64,000 nt of DNA from Bacilli bacterium (GTDB lineage Bacteria; Bacillota_I; Bacilli_A; RFN20; CAG-826), in assembly GCA_022482735.1 (NCBI GenBank), contig JAKVOO010000001.1, positions 55,699 to 119,698 of the forward strand, written 5' to 3'. Of the stretch, positions 1-9,851 are shown piece after piece (position 1 is the first letter of the stretch; every line of letters starts with the position of its first letter). A program made the translations under genes and the position numbers. The notes below the pieces were generated by a model that saw nothing but the letters and a program-made list of their open reading frames with translations, was not told the origin of the DNA and did not search any database.

Positions 1-171
1 ATAGGTGCTGGATATCTAACTATATTAATTGTGTGTTTGGCAAATTCTTATAATATAAACGATTATTCTTTTGTTGAAGTTACAATTTCGATGTCTGGCG
101 TTTTTGCTATTATCCAAGTTATATTTGATATTTCTAATTCAAAGAAAAAGAAGAAATTAAATGAAAACAAA
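1..171 (+). CDS. 3' end of a hydrophobic (membrane) protein gene truncated by the window edge
   Basis: Frame 1 is open from base 1 to TAA at 169-171 (IGAGYLTILIVCLANS...SGVFAIIQVIFDISNSKKKKKLNENK*). The stop overlaps the ATG at 161 of the next ORF, suggesting an operon. Confidence 0.4.
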
Positions 172-1357
172 TAAAAAGGATTTGTTTGACTTATCAAAAA
201 TTTTTAACTTTCGATCTAAAATTAATGAAACTGATATCTTTCTAAAATCTAGTGAAAAGAAAAATTGGAATCTTATCTGTGCTGTAATGGATAGACTTGA
301 TTCTTCGGCGAAATATTTGAATGAATTGATAGTTGACTCCGAAGAGAAATTTATTATGTTTTTAGTTTTTGGGGATATAATCATTAGCTGCATTCAAGAA
401 TTGTACAAGAATTTAAAAATTAAATATCCTTTAGAGGATGATTTTTCGTGTTTCCACGAAAAAGATCTCAATGGCTCTTTTGTTTCTGATGACAAATTTT
501 TTGCTTATATAAGAGCTCTTGCTTTTGCCCATTGTGAAAATTGTTCAAGACACAAATCTTTTATCAAAAGTGGGGAAACTCAATATTCACCATTTGTGTT
601 CTTTTCTTATATTGGCGATAATGGTAAATGTGGGCTCCGCATATACTCGTCGTTAGATATCAATTCATTAAATGACAAATTATTTAATTTCAGTGATTTA
701 AAACGTTTTATTAAAAAAAGATTCGATTTGATATCAATTTGTGAAAAAAAAGTAGAAAAAATTATTAACGATTATAAAAAAGAGTGGATGAAAACAAATA
801 TTTCATTCAATAGTGGGAAACCAGAATTAACTGCTCTAGATATCGAAAAAGTCGGAAAAGAAAGATACCAAGAAGGGATTGAAGATTTGGGCAAACAAAT
901 TTATTTATACCTTCAAATGGAAATAACTGATTTGCGAAACACTCCTTTTGTTCAAAAATACAAAAAGGCAATTATCAAATCATTGCCAGAAATTGTCTTG
1001 GCAATAAACAATATTTGTCAAGATGAAATCGATAACGCAGATATTTGGAATATCTTGAGTCCAAAATGGCCAGACGTTTATAATGGAATAGGTTATGATT
1101 TAAGCAAAATTTTTGATTATTTAGAACCAGACAGATATAGCGAAAAATTTAATAGTTCTATGCTTGGTGTTACTCCTAATTGTGATTCGAATCTTGCCTG
1201 GGGCTATAAAAGACTGGAATCTTTTAAAATTAATTTCTCCGACAAATTTATTTTTATTGATTATGCAATTTCAAAACAAGAAATTATTTTTTTAATTAAT
1301 TGCTTTTTGTTCTTGTTTCATGAAAAAGAAATCGGCCCTATTGATTCTAGACAATAA
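161..1357 (+). CDS. hypothetical protein, 398 aa, no family recognised
   Basis: Long uninterrupted ORF ending in TAA. Its start overlaps the upstream ORF. I could not recognise any motif. Confidence 0.55.
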   Translation: MKTNKKDLFDLSKIFNFRSKINETDIFLKSSEKKNWNLICAVMDRLDSSAKYLNELIVDSEEKFIMFLVFGDIIISCIQELYKNLKIKYPLEDDFSCFHEKDLNGSFVSDDKFFAYIRALAFAHCENCSRHKSFIKSGETQYSPFVFFSYIGDNGKCGLRIYSSLDINSLNDKLFNFSDLKRFIKKRFDLISICEKKVEKIINDYKKEWMKTNISFNSGKPELTALDIEKVGKERYQEGIEDLGKQIYLYLQMEITDLRNTPFVQKYKKAIIKSLPEIVLAINNICQDEIDNADIWNILSPKWPDVYNGIGYDLSKIFDYLEPDRYSEKFNSSMLGVTPNCDSNLAWGYKRLESFKINFSDKFIFIDYAISKQEIIFLINCFLFLFHEKEIGPIDSRQ

Positions 1358-1578
1358 TATGGGTATCTCTTTCGTTCAACGATACGCTGCACTAAAGTAG
1401 GGGATTGAGAATCGTACCCACAAAAAGTGACAAAAACAACGTATCACTTTTGTTCAAAGCCCTTATTTTGAGGTATCGTTTTCGTTCACTAAAGCCATTT
1501 AAGAATGAAATGACTCCAAAAAGTTGGAGAGAAGGTACAATAATGATGCCTGATTTTAAACTAAGGAGTCTTTTTTAT

Positions 1579-2037
1579 ATGAGATTAGCATTTAAAGATT
1601 GATTGAAGATGTGTGAAGACCATGTCTTAAGAGGAAAATCACTTTCACACATATCTAAAGATAACGGGGACTATGATATCATAAATCTACAGTATTTAAT
1701 TAACCTCTATAAGAAGTTTGGGAAAGAGGACTTTTTAAATCGAGAAGATATCGTGTATTACAGAGATACAAAACTTCTAGCGATTTCTAGGGTTTTATCA
1801 GGCAAAGAATCACTGAGAAGTGGGGCATTATATCTAGGACTTCCTGACCCAACTATATTGGGTGGTTGGATGAAAGCATATAAAGCAAAAGGTGAAACTG
1901 GTATACAAGATACATATTCAAGAAAGAATTATGTATTAAAAGATGAGAGAGTTAGACTCATTGTTGATAAGAAATTAGCCGAAGAAAATGAGAGATTAAA
2001 AGAAGAGATAGAATACCTAAAAAATCGCACTCCTTAA
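1579..2037 (+). pseudogene. IS3-family orfA with in-frame TGA at 1600-1602
   Basis: SD taaggag (1562-1568) precedes ATG 1579. The reading MRLAFKD-TGA-LKMCEDHVLRGKSL... continues in the same frame as ORF 1603..2037. Confidence 0.6.
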
Positions 2038-2135
2038 CCCAAAGACTGGAAGGAGTAACAGGTAGAGAAAAAGTTTTAATTGTTACAGAGTTAAGGAAGA
2101 CGTTTAAATTAGAAGTCCTTCTAGAAATATCAGAA

Positions 2136-2683
2136 ATGGCAAGTTCGGTCTACAACTATCACGTTTCAGAGGAAAAGAAAAAAGTAGATAAATATGAAAG
2201 CATCAAAGAAGTGATTGATTATCTATACATAGATAAACATAAAAAAAGAATGAGTTATCAACGCATTCATACTGAATTAATCAAATTAGGGTATCATATT
2301 GGCAAGAATAAAGTGAATAATATCATGAGAGAAAAAGGGTATCTTAAAATAAGAAAACCAAAATGGCGTAAATACAATTCATACGAAGGTGATCAAGGTG
2401 TTCAATATCAAAATTCAAGTTATCGCGAAAACTTGAACAATTAGGTATCATTCAGTCTATGAGTAGAAAAGAGAACTGTTTAGATAATAGTCCAACTGAA
2501 AACTTCTTTGGAAGAATGAAGAGGGAACTGTGACACGGTAATGAAGATGAATATAAAAGTGTTGAAGAACTACTTGCAGCTATTGATGAATACATTGAGT
2601 GTTACAATACAACAAGCATCGTTTCTAAATTAAAAATGAGTCCTGTTGACAATATAAATACAATTATTAATAGGTTACACTAG
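2136..2683 (+). pseudogene. IS3-family transposase orfB remnant (catalytic core deleted, frameshift, in-frame TGA near 2530)
   Basis: ORF 2136..2444 holds only the N-terminal region. The conserved C-terminal tail sits in another frame (about 2402-2683) and contains KREL-TGA-HGNE. Confidence 0.7.
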
Positions 2684-2766
2684 GTGTAGTTTCATTAAAA
2701 TATTTTCCAACTTTATAGAGTCATTTCACAGAGTCATTTCAACAATTTATATTGAAGGTAAATTAA

Positions 2767-3282
2767 TTGAAAAAGGCAAAAAACATAATTATTCCCATTT
2801 ATTTAATTATCGTAGGAGTTGTTTTGACTGGATGCACTGATTTATATAAAGGGTATACAGGGGGACATCTGGAATTGTATTCTGTGGCAATCAACAGCAA
2901 AGAGGATTTTCGAGGTTACATACAGTCAGAAGTGCGGCATCAACCTGTTGTCGAACTGCTTGAAGAAGATTACTACGAAAGGAAACTTTTTACCTATTCT
3001 GAGGGTCAAGGCGCTTATGGCGATGTTTATTTGATTATTTCGCAACATGCGACGGATGAGTATGCGTATTTCTATTATGGAATCAATTACATTTCGGGAG
3101 AAATCGTCGAAGGAAACTACATCCATCTTTATGGTTCGAAAAAACCGGCGACAATCGACAATCCTTACAATGGTTTCACTGTAAATGAAATCGACGAGTT
3201 GAAACAATCAAATGATTTGGGCGAAGAGATAGACATCTCCCAGTGCACACAAGTAAGAATTGTCAATAAAAAAAGTGAATAG
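2767..3282 (+). CDS. putative lipoprotein
   Basis: Signal peptide with lipobox (IIVGVVLTGC). TTG start according to the ORF track. Confidence 0.55.
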   Translation: MKKAKNIIIPIYLIIVGVVLTGCTDLYKGYTGGHLELYSVAINSKEDFRGYIQSEVRHQPVVELLEEDYYERKLFTYSEGQGAYGDVYLIISQHATDEYAYFYYGINYISGEIVEGNYIHLYGSKKPATIDNPYNGFTVNEIDELKQSNDLGEEIDISQCTQVRIVNKKSE

Positions 3283-3592
3283 AATTATAGCATGGACACT
3301 GGTCACAAAGGCAGGGGATTTTTATTTGGAGTATATTCGCAGTCAAATATTTTATCAAATAAGTACAAGTTCTGGGGTTCGCATCATAAATAGTATAGAC
3401 GCTGAAAACAATACAATATATGTGACTTCAAGTGAGCTTCATGAACTAGAAAAAGTAACTTATAAGCAAAGAATAGTTGATTCAAATGATAAACCATATG
3501 ATATTAGTAAAATAGTAATAGGAGATGAGATATCATTCTTTTATTATGAAAGATATAAAGATTACACACCTAAGCATGTTTATGTAGATTAA
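3260..3592 (+). CDS. hypothetical protein (110 aa)
   Basis: ORF only, with a non-ATG start and overlap with the preceding gene. Confidence 0.3.
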   Translation: MSIKKVNRIIAWTLVTKAGDFYLEYIRSQIFYQISTSSGVRIINSIDAENNTIYVTSSELHELEKVTYKQRIVDSNDKPYDISKIVIGDEISFFYYERYKDYTPKHVYVD

Positions 3593-3766
3593 ATAAAAAT
3601 TATTTTAGTAAAAAAATTAAAAGGAGAATAATTTCAGAAGAAGGAACTTAAATATTTTATTGCATTACTCTTTTTGCGTTTATAATCTAACATATTACTG
3701 ACTTTTTCTTTGTTATCTTAGAATCAAATTATTTGCAAATTAACACAGAAAATATATCATAAAATT

Positions 3767-4372
3767 ATGAGAACATTATTGTTTATTTTGCTTATACCCC
3801 TATTATCATCTTGTAATAGTGGTAACTTACGTACTGATAAATTATATGTAGGCTACGATTATGGCAATATAACTTTTAAAACTGACCCTAACAGTGGTGA
3901 GCAAATTTCGGCTATAACCATCCTTCTTGAAGATGGATTTTTTTCGTTCAGCGATGGTGTAAAAAGTCCTAAACTAGAATATGATTTTCTTGTTCCTGGC
4001 GATTATTTATCAATAACTTATGAAAACGATCTAGTTTGTCAAGAATCCTATCCTGTAAGATGGATGGTCAGCAATGGAAAATTGCTAAGCGCTGAATACA
4101 AATACACGAATATAATCGAAATTGAAAATGAAAATATTGCACGAAATGAAGAAGGAATGGTTTCTGAAATAACTAATTATGGCTACTATGATGAATATGT
4201 AATATTAGATGAAAATTTAAATTACGTCGCTTTAGATAATTATAATGGTGACAAACTTTATGCAAGTGTTGATTCATCAAGAGCCCCAGCCCCATCTTGT
4301 CCGGTGGGAGCGTTATGTGAGCCTACTATATATCCCCTTGGGGCCCTTTTTGCTTTTAATCCCAGAATATAA
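3767..4372 (+). CDS. putative lipoprotein
   Basis: N-terminus MRTLLFILLIPLLSSC is a lipoprotein signal with lipobox. Confidence 0.6.
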   Translation: MRTLLFILLIPLLSSCNSGNLRTDKLYVGYDYGNITFKTDPNSGEQISAITILLEDGFFSFSDGVKSPKLEYDFLVPGDYLSITYENDLVCQESYPVRWMVSNGKLLSAEYKYTNIIEIENENIARNEEGMVSEITNYGYYDEYVILDENLNYVALDNYNGDKLYASVDSSRAPAPSCPVGALCEPTIYPLGALFAFNPRI

Positions 4373-4613
4373 ATAGTTTTAATTTTTTATAATAATTTCT
4401 AACAGATATTTGAATGCTTGAGTAAAATGATTATTTATCGTCGGTATATAAAATTGGGTGTATTTTTATGATTGTTTTATATCAATTAACTTATTCAATG
4501 TTTATTTATTACAAAAACCATTAAGCATAGATTGTATTTATTTAATTAATAAAATTGCTTGCTTGCTTGATAGCGTTTTTGTAAACTTAAGATAAGTATA
4601 AAAGAGGCAATTT

Positions 4614-6185
4614 ATGAATTACGATGTCATAGTTATAGGGGGAGGCCTTTCAGGTCTTACGGCTGCGGCATATCTCTGCAAATATGGTTTATCGACTTTA
4701 TTAGTGGAAAAATCCGCTAAAGTCGGTGGCTTGGCGAACAGTTTTAATTATGAAGGCTATACTTTTGATTATGGTATTAGAGCTTTCGAAAATTCCGGTA
4801 TCATCTTACCGATGATTAAGTCTCTAGGATTAGATATTAGTTTTGCTAAAAGTCCAGTATCCGTTGGAATTGATGATCAATGGAAACTATTAGATAAAAA
4901 ATCCTCAATTATTGATTATTCTATGATGCTCAAGCACTTTTTTAATAAGAATGAACGCGATATCGATTTAATTGTTGTTGAAATTAAAAAAGTAATGGCG
5001 CAGATGGATGTCATATATGGAATCGATAATCCTTTGTTCCTCGAAAAAATAACCGACAAGAAGTATATTTTTAAAACACTTTTGCCCTGGTTAATTAAAT
5101 ACCAAAAGAATATTCGGGCGGCAAGCAAGCTAAATGAGCCAATCAACGAATATCTATTAAAGTTTACAAATAACCATTCGTTAATTGATATGATAACGCA
5201 GCATTTTTTTACTTCGACTCCATCTTTTTTTGCTTTAAGCTATTTTAGCCTTTACATTGATTACATCTATCCTCTAGGAGGAACTGGCGTATTAGCCAAA
5301 AAGGTCAAAGAATATATTATTAGCCACGGAGGCGAAATTCTGCTTAATAGTGAAGCGGTAAATATTGACATAGAAAAACATACTGTATCCTTAATAAATA
5401 ACAATGTAATTTCGTATCGTAAATTAATATGGGCTGGGGATCAAAGAAGTTTATATAACCGAGTTACATCGCTTAATGAAGCCCAGCGTAAAGTCAAAAA
5501 TATTTGCAATAGTAGCCGTGGAGGCAATTCAGTCTTAACCTTATTTATCGGAGCGGATATAAATCCCGAGAAATTTGCAAAAAAGTGTGGGCAGCACGCC
5601 TTTTATACAGCAGACTTATCCGGCCTTTCTTCGATTAAAAATATTGATTTAGCAAAAGTCAAAAATGATGAAGAGGTTTTTGCATGGGTTAGAGAGTACC
5701 TCAAGAAAACCACATACGAGATTTCAATTCCTGTCTTAAAAGACTCTAGCCTTGCGCCATCTAGCAAAACTGGTTTGATTGTCAGTACAGTTTTTGATTA
5801 TGACATTACCGATTATTTCTCTAAGAATAATAAGTACCAGGATTTTAAAGATTTTTGCATGAAAGAAATGATTTCTTTGCTTGATGAAAAATTGCTAAAC
5901 GGATTGAAAGATAAAATCGATTTCTCGATGGTCGCCACACCATTAACAATTGAAAAAGAAACCGGTAACTTTGAAGGGGCGATTACGGGATGGTCCTTTG
6001 CTAATAAAGTCATGCCATCCGAAAATCGCTTCCAAAAGATTAAAAACGCAATTAAGACACCACTAAAAGACATTTATCAATGCGGAGCATGGACTTTTAG
6101 TCCATCCGGGTTACCGGTATCAATTTTAACGGGTAAACTGGCCGCGGATGATGCTAAGAAACACTTAAGGAGCAAAAAGAAATGA
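4614..6185 (+). CDS. FAD-dependent oxidoreductase, phytoene-desaturase (CrtI/CrtP-like) family
   Basis: N-terminal dinucleotide-binding motif YDVIVIGGGLSGLTAAAYL. The C-terminal GAITGWSF...CGAWTFSPSGLPVSILTG resembles the CrtP/CrtN family C-terminus. The gene lies in an operon with crtQ/crtO-like genes. Confidence 0.75.
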   Translation: MNYDVIVIGGGLSGLTAAAYLCKYGLSTLLVEKSAKVGGLANSFNYEGYTFDYGIRAFENSGIILPMIKSLGLDISFAKSPVSVGIDDQWKLLDKKSSIIDYSMMLKHFFNKNERDIDLIVVEIKKVMAQMDVIYGIDNPLFLEKITDKKYIFKTLLPWLIKYQKNIRAASKLNEPINEYLLKFTNNHSLIDMITQHFFTSTPSFFALSYFSLYIDYIYPLGGTGVLAKKVKEYIISHGGEILLNSEAVNIDIEKHTVSLINNNVISYRKLIWAGDQRSLYNRVTSLNEAQRKVKNICNSSRGGNSVLTLFIGADINPEKFAKKCGQHAFYTADLSGLSSIKNIDLAKVKNDEEVFAWVREYLKKTTYEISIPVLKDSSLAPSSKTGLIVSTVFDYDITDYFSKNNKYQDFKDFCMKEMISLLDEKLLNGLKDKIDFSMVATPLTIEKETGNFEGAITGWSFANKVMPSENRFQKIKNAIKTPLKDIYQCGAWTFSPSGLPVSILTGKLAADDAKKHLRSKKK

Positions 6186-7288
6186 TAAAGCCAATGGTTG
6201 AACTATCAATTTCCGTTATTGGCCTGTTGCTTTGTTTTATTCTTTTTCATCATTTCCCCCGTCTATCCAAAACTAGAAAGAAAGTAGATATCGCCCCATC
6301 GGTTTCGGTGATTATTCCCGCGCGAAATGAAGGCCGAAATATCGCTAATTTACTGAATGATTTAAGAAAGCAATCTTTGCCTCCTCTGGAAATAATCGTA
6401 GTGGATGACATGTCTAGTGATGACACCCTAAAGATAGCAAAAAGCTTTGCGGTTAAAGTAATTAAGATTGAAGAAAAACCAGATGACTGGCTCGGCAAAT
6501 CGTGGGCATGTCAAAAAGGGGCGGATGCTGCAAAGGGAGATTTCCTTCTTTTTCTTGATGCGGATGTTAGGCTCTCTGGTAACGCTCTGTTTAGATTAAT
6601 TAAAACCCGAATGGAAGTTTGCACGACCATATCGGTTCAGCCCTATCACCAAACCAAGAAACTCTATGAGCAGTTCTCAATGATTTTTAATATCGTTCAA
6701 ACGGCCGCTGATGGGGTCTCTCTTCCTTGGAAGAAAACCACGGGATTATTTGGGCCAGTAATTCTAATATCTAAGAATGATTACTTCAGTATTGGAGGGC
6801 ATCAGAGCGTTAAGAACTCAATTATTGAAGATATTGCTTTAGGCAAGGCTCTTGATAAAGCGGGATTAAAATATAATTTATATGTTAGTGAGGGCGATAT
6901 CTCCTATCAAATGTATGGGGATGGCTTTAAAAGTCTATTTAACGGTTGGACTAAAAATATCGCTTCTGGTGCCAGTAGCATGTCTTTTGTTAATTTTTTG
7001 CTGGTTTTCTTATTTATAGCCTCCTTAATTTCGGTCCCGTCTAATGTTGTATTATACGCAATTAATTTTGATTTATTATGGCTGCTTCTATATTGTGGCC
7101 TGTATCTATTTTGGGTGATCGTACTGTTTTTTATAAGCCACAAGATTGGGAGATTTAATCCTTTAGCAATCATTCTATTTCCAATTTTGGTTTTATTCTT
7201 TACTCTAGTTTTTATTGTTTCGTTTTTTATTAAAATTTTTAATTTAAAATATAAATGGAAAGGTCGCTCAATAAGCGGAAAAAGATAA
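6182..7288 (+). CDS. crtQ: family-2 glycosyltransferase, 4,4'-diaponeurosporenoate glycosyltransferase-like
   Basis: Blocks VIIPARNEG, VVDDMSSDDT, LDADV, SVQPYHQTKKLYEQFSMIFN, FGPVILISKNDYFSIGGH, IIEDIALG, NGWTKN and the C-terminal KWKGRSIS match my recollection of S. aureus CrtQ. ATGA overlap with the upstream gene. Confidence 0.75.
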   Translation: MIKPMVELSISVIGLLLCFILFHHFPRLSKTRKKVDIAPSVSVIIPARNEGRNIANLLNDLRKQSLPPLEIIVVDDMSSDDTLKIAKSFAVKVIKIEEKPDDWLGKSWACQKGADAAKGDFLLFLDADVRLSGNALFRLIKTRMEVCTTISVQPYHQTKKLYEQFSMIFNIVQTAADGVSLPWKKTTGLFGPVILISKNDYFSIGGHQSVKNSIIEDIALGKALDKAGLKYNLYVSEGDISYQMYGDGFKSLFNGWTKNIASGASSMSFVNFLLVFLFIASLISVPSNVVLYAINFDLLWLLLYCGLYLFWVIVLFFISHKIGRFNPLAIILFPILVLFFTLVFIVSFFIKIFNLKYKWKGRSISGKR

Positions 7289-7290
7289 AT

Positions 7291-7779
7291 ATGCAAATTG
7301 TATTTTTGTCTCCTCTATGGATGATTATCTTGTTTTTCACTCTTTGGCCCGTGCTACAAATTTCATGTGCGCTTATTGCTCTAGCAATTCCTAATCGAGC
7401 GTATGACCCGGACTCATTTTTTTACCGTTCGCACCGGTTTGAATTAGAAGGTAAACTTTATGAGCGTTTATTTGCTGTAAAAAAATGGAAGCATTTGCTA
7501 CCAGACGGTGGGGCGGTATTTAAAAAGCGCGGATACAAAAAGAAGAAGTTGGAGAGTTTTTCAAAAGAAAATTTGGAACTATTTCTTGTCGAATCGGCGC
7601 GGGGCGAATTGACCCATTGGCTGGCTATTTTTCCATTTTGGATTTTTGGCTTTTTCGCGCCTCCCTACATTATTTTAATTATGCTTGCCTATGCTTTAAT
7701 CGTTAACCTTCCTTGTATTATCGTTCAACGATACAATCGGCCAAGAATCAAAAAGATTTTAAAAATGATGAATAAATAA
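7291..7779 (+). CDS. crtO: glycosyl-4,4'-diaponeurosporenoate acyltransferase-like membrane protein
   Basis: Motifs VKKWKHLLPDG, ELTHWLAI and IIVQRYNRPRI match recalled S. aureus CrtO. ATG at 7291 lies 3 nt after the crtQ stop. Confidence 0.75.
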   Translation: MQIVFLSPLWMIILFFTLWPVLQISCALIALAIPNRAYDPDSFFYRSHRFELEGKLYERLFAVKKWKHLLPDGGAVFKKRGYKKKKLESFSKENLELFLVESARGELTHWLAIFPFWIFGFFAPPYIILIMLAYALIVNLPCIIVQRYNRPRIKKILKMMNK

Positions 7780-8105
7780 TTTTTAGTGTTAGATATAATT
7801 TTTTTCACCTTGTTTTCATATATGCGATTGTCAATTCGGTTAATAACTAATTTTTAAAGGAAAACGTAATAAAACATACGATGTTTTTTTCATTTGAAGT
7901 GAATTGCTATTAATAGAATAATTTGTGGACAGCTTATCGATAGTTAATCCTCTCTAAGTTATATTTCGATTGGATCTTGCCGACATTTTTTATTTTTTTC
8001 TATATATTGGTCAAAAAGCAACCCAAAGTTTACATTTTGAAACCTATAAATGATAGAATGGAAAAGTTAGTATTGTTAACATTGTTGTTGAAAAGGAGAT
8101 TACTT

Positions 8106-8861
8106 ATGAGAACGGGAGAAAAGATTACACGTCTTAGAAAAGAGAACAATTATACTCAGGAACAATTAGCAGATTTACTAGGTGTATCTCGGCAATCAGT
8201 TTCAAAGTGGGAATCGGATTTAACGCTTCCTGAAACAGATAAGCTTATTCAGATGGCAAAAATGTTTAATTGTTCAATCGATTATTTGCTCAATGAAGAC
8301 AAGACGCAAAAGGATGGAACTATTTTAGAAGTTAAAGATGAAAACGATGTAGATTCTAATCAACAAAAGTCTTCATTTGAAAGTAATAAACCAAGCAGGG
8401 ATGCTAAGCATATATTTTTAAATATTAATATGCTCTGGGGTATAGGCTATTTAGTTATTTCATTGCTACTTTATGCTCTGCCATACTTAACGCTTACGGC
8501 CACGATAACTACTTGATTTCCCCCTTATAGTTCGACAACCACGATTACAGTCTCACCCAATGTTTATGAATTGATTTCTTCGCCCAACTTTCAGTCGGGC
8601 AACTTTATTATTTTACTCGCATTCTTAGTTATGTTAAGTCAGACATTATTTAGCGTTTTATTGGTTTTCATTCATAAAAAAGGAATTCACAATGCCCGGT
8701 TTATACTGGCGTTTGTTGAATTTGGATTATGGATGATTCTCTTGTTGATGTTTGGTGGTTACGCTAATGCGGGAACAATCTTATTGCCGATTATTTCGTT
8801 GACCAATGCTATCCTAATTGTCGTCTTAAAAAAGCTGAAGTTCACCCCTTTAGCAGTTTAA
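8106..8861 (+). pseudogene. XRE-family HTH regulator with C-terminal membrane domain, interrupted by in-frame TGA (8514-8516)
   Basis: SD aaggag precedes ATG 8106. The HTH reads IKRLRKENNYTQEQLADLLGVSRQSVSKWE. ORFs 7977..8516 and 8571..8861 share a frame, and no other stop lies between them. Confidence 0.6.
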
Positions 8862-9063
8862 TTTATAGTTCACAAATCTTTTATTACGCAAATAATGAAG
8901 ATTTATTTAATCAGCATTTATCCCTATTTTCAGCAACTTGAAATTAGGGATTTTTATTTATTCGGATATAGGCAAAAACTCCCATTAACTTATTTTTTTT
9001 GGTAAAATGAAAAACGAAAGGGTAATAAAGGTTTAATAACAAATAGACCTAAATGGTTAGAAT

Positions 9064-9594
9064 ATGACAAAAAGAATTTCAAAAAGCAAAAAACAAAATG
9101 TCGCTTTGTTGGCTCTCTTATCTTTTATTTTTATCGTATTTGTTTTCGTGACAATGTTCTTTGATGGGGCGGTATTAAAAGATTCATCCGGCAACATTAC
9201 CAATTCCGTAAAAGGATATGATTTAGCCTTTGGCAAAGAATATGTCAATAGTTCGATGCTCACCGGAAGTTTGAAGGCAAATATTGTTCTTGCTGTCGGA
9301 TATATACTTCCTTTGATCCTCATGCTTTTTATCCTCGTCGCTGCTTTTATCGGCAAAATGAAGTTGCTTAGTGGATTATCATTATTAATGGCTTTATCAT
9401 TGATCGTCTCTACTATCGGCATTTTTACGATACCAACCATGAGTAAGTTTAGCGTATCGTTACTTGGAGTCAACCAAATAAGCACCTTAAAAGATATGGA
9501 TTATGAATTAAGTTTTCTTTCTATTTTAGCTGGCGTTGGTTCAGGATTGGGATTTATTTCTAGCTTATCATTGGCATTTTCGACCCGTAAATAA
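9064..9594 (+). CDS. hypothetical multi-pass membrane protein
   Basis: Several hydrophobic helices. A hairpin plus T-run terminator follows at about 9630-9675. Confidence 0.5.
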   Translation: MTKRISKSKKQNVALLALLSFIFIVFVFVTMFFDGAVLKDSSGNITNSVKGYDLAFGKEYVNSSMLTGSLKANIVLAVGYILPLILMLFILVAAFIGKMKLLSGLSLLMALSLIVSTIGIFTIPTMSKFSVSLLGVNQISTLKDMDYELSFLSILAGVGSGLGFISSLSLAFSTRK

Positions 9595-9706
9595 AACTGG
9601 ATATTAATTTTATAATAAGGCAAATTTTTGACTAACTAGCGAATTTCGTTAGAAAGCGAAAATTTGCTTTTTTTAATACATGTATGCAAAAAACACGAAA
9701 AACTGA

Positions 9707-9735
9707 TTGACTTGTAAACGCTTACACCATACAAT
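9707..9735 (+). promoter_or_regulatory. sigma-70-like promoter of the ABC transporter operon
   Basis: TTGACT (9707-9712), 17-nt spacer, TACAAT (9730-9735). Confidence 0.45.
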
Positions 9736-9851
9736 TTAAGTGTTGAAAAAGGAGTAAGAAATAGTTAATGATATCCGAGGTCCGCAGGAACCATTTGGCT
9801 ATTTTCTTATACCCATCAATAAGCCTAACACTTTTAGGAGGAAACAAAGAA

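Larger units (their letters stand above)
1579..2683 (+). mobile_element. decayed IS3/IS150-family insertion sequence (orfA plus internally deleted orfB)
   Basis: The OrfA-like HTH/leucine-zipper protein ends in ...EENERLKEEIEYLKN. The OrfB N-terminal HTH_21-like part reads RIHTELIKLGYHIGKNKVNNIMREKG. It is joined out of frame to the C-terminal integrase-core tail (LGIIQSMSRKENCLDNSPTENFFGRMKREL). The DDE core between them is missing. Confidence 0.75.

Noticed and set aside
9057-9485. 142-aa minus-strand ORF
   Set aside because: It is antisense to the plus-strand membrane protein ORF 9064..9594, which has the more protein-like, TM-rich translation.
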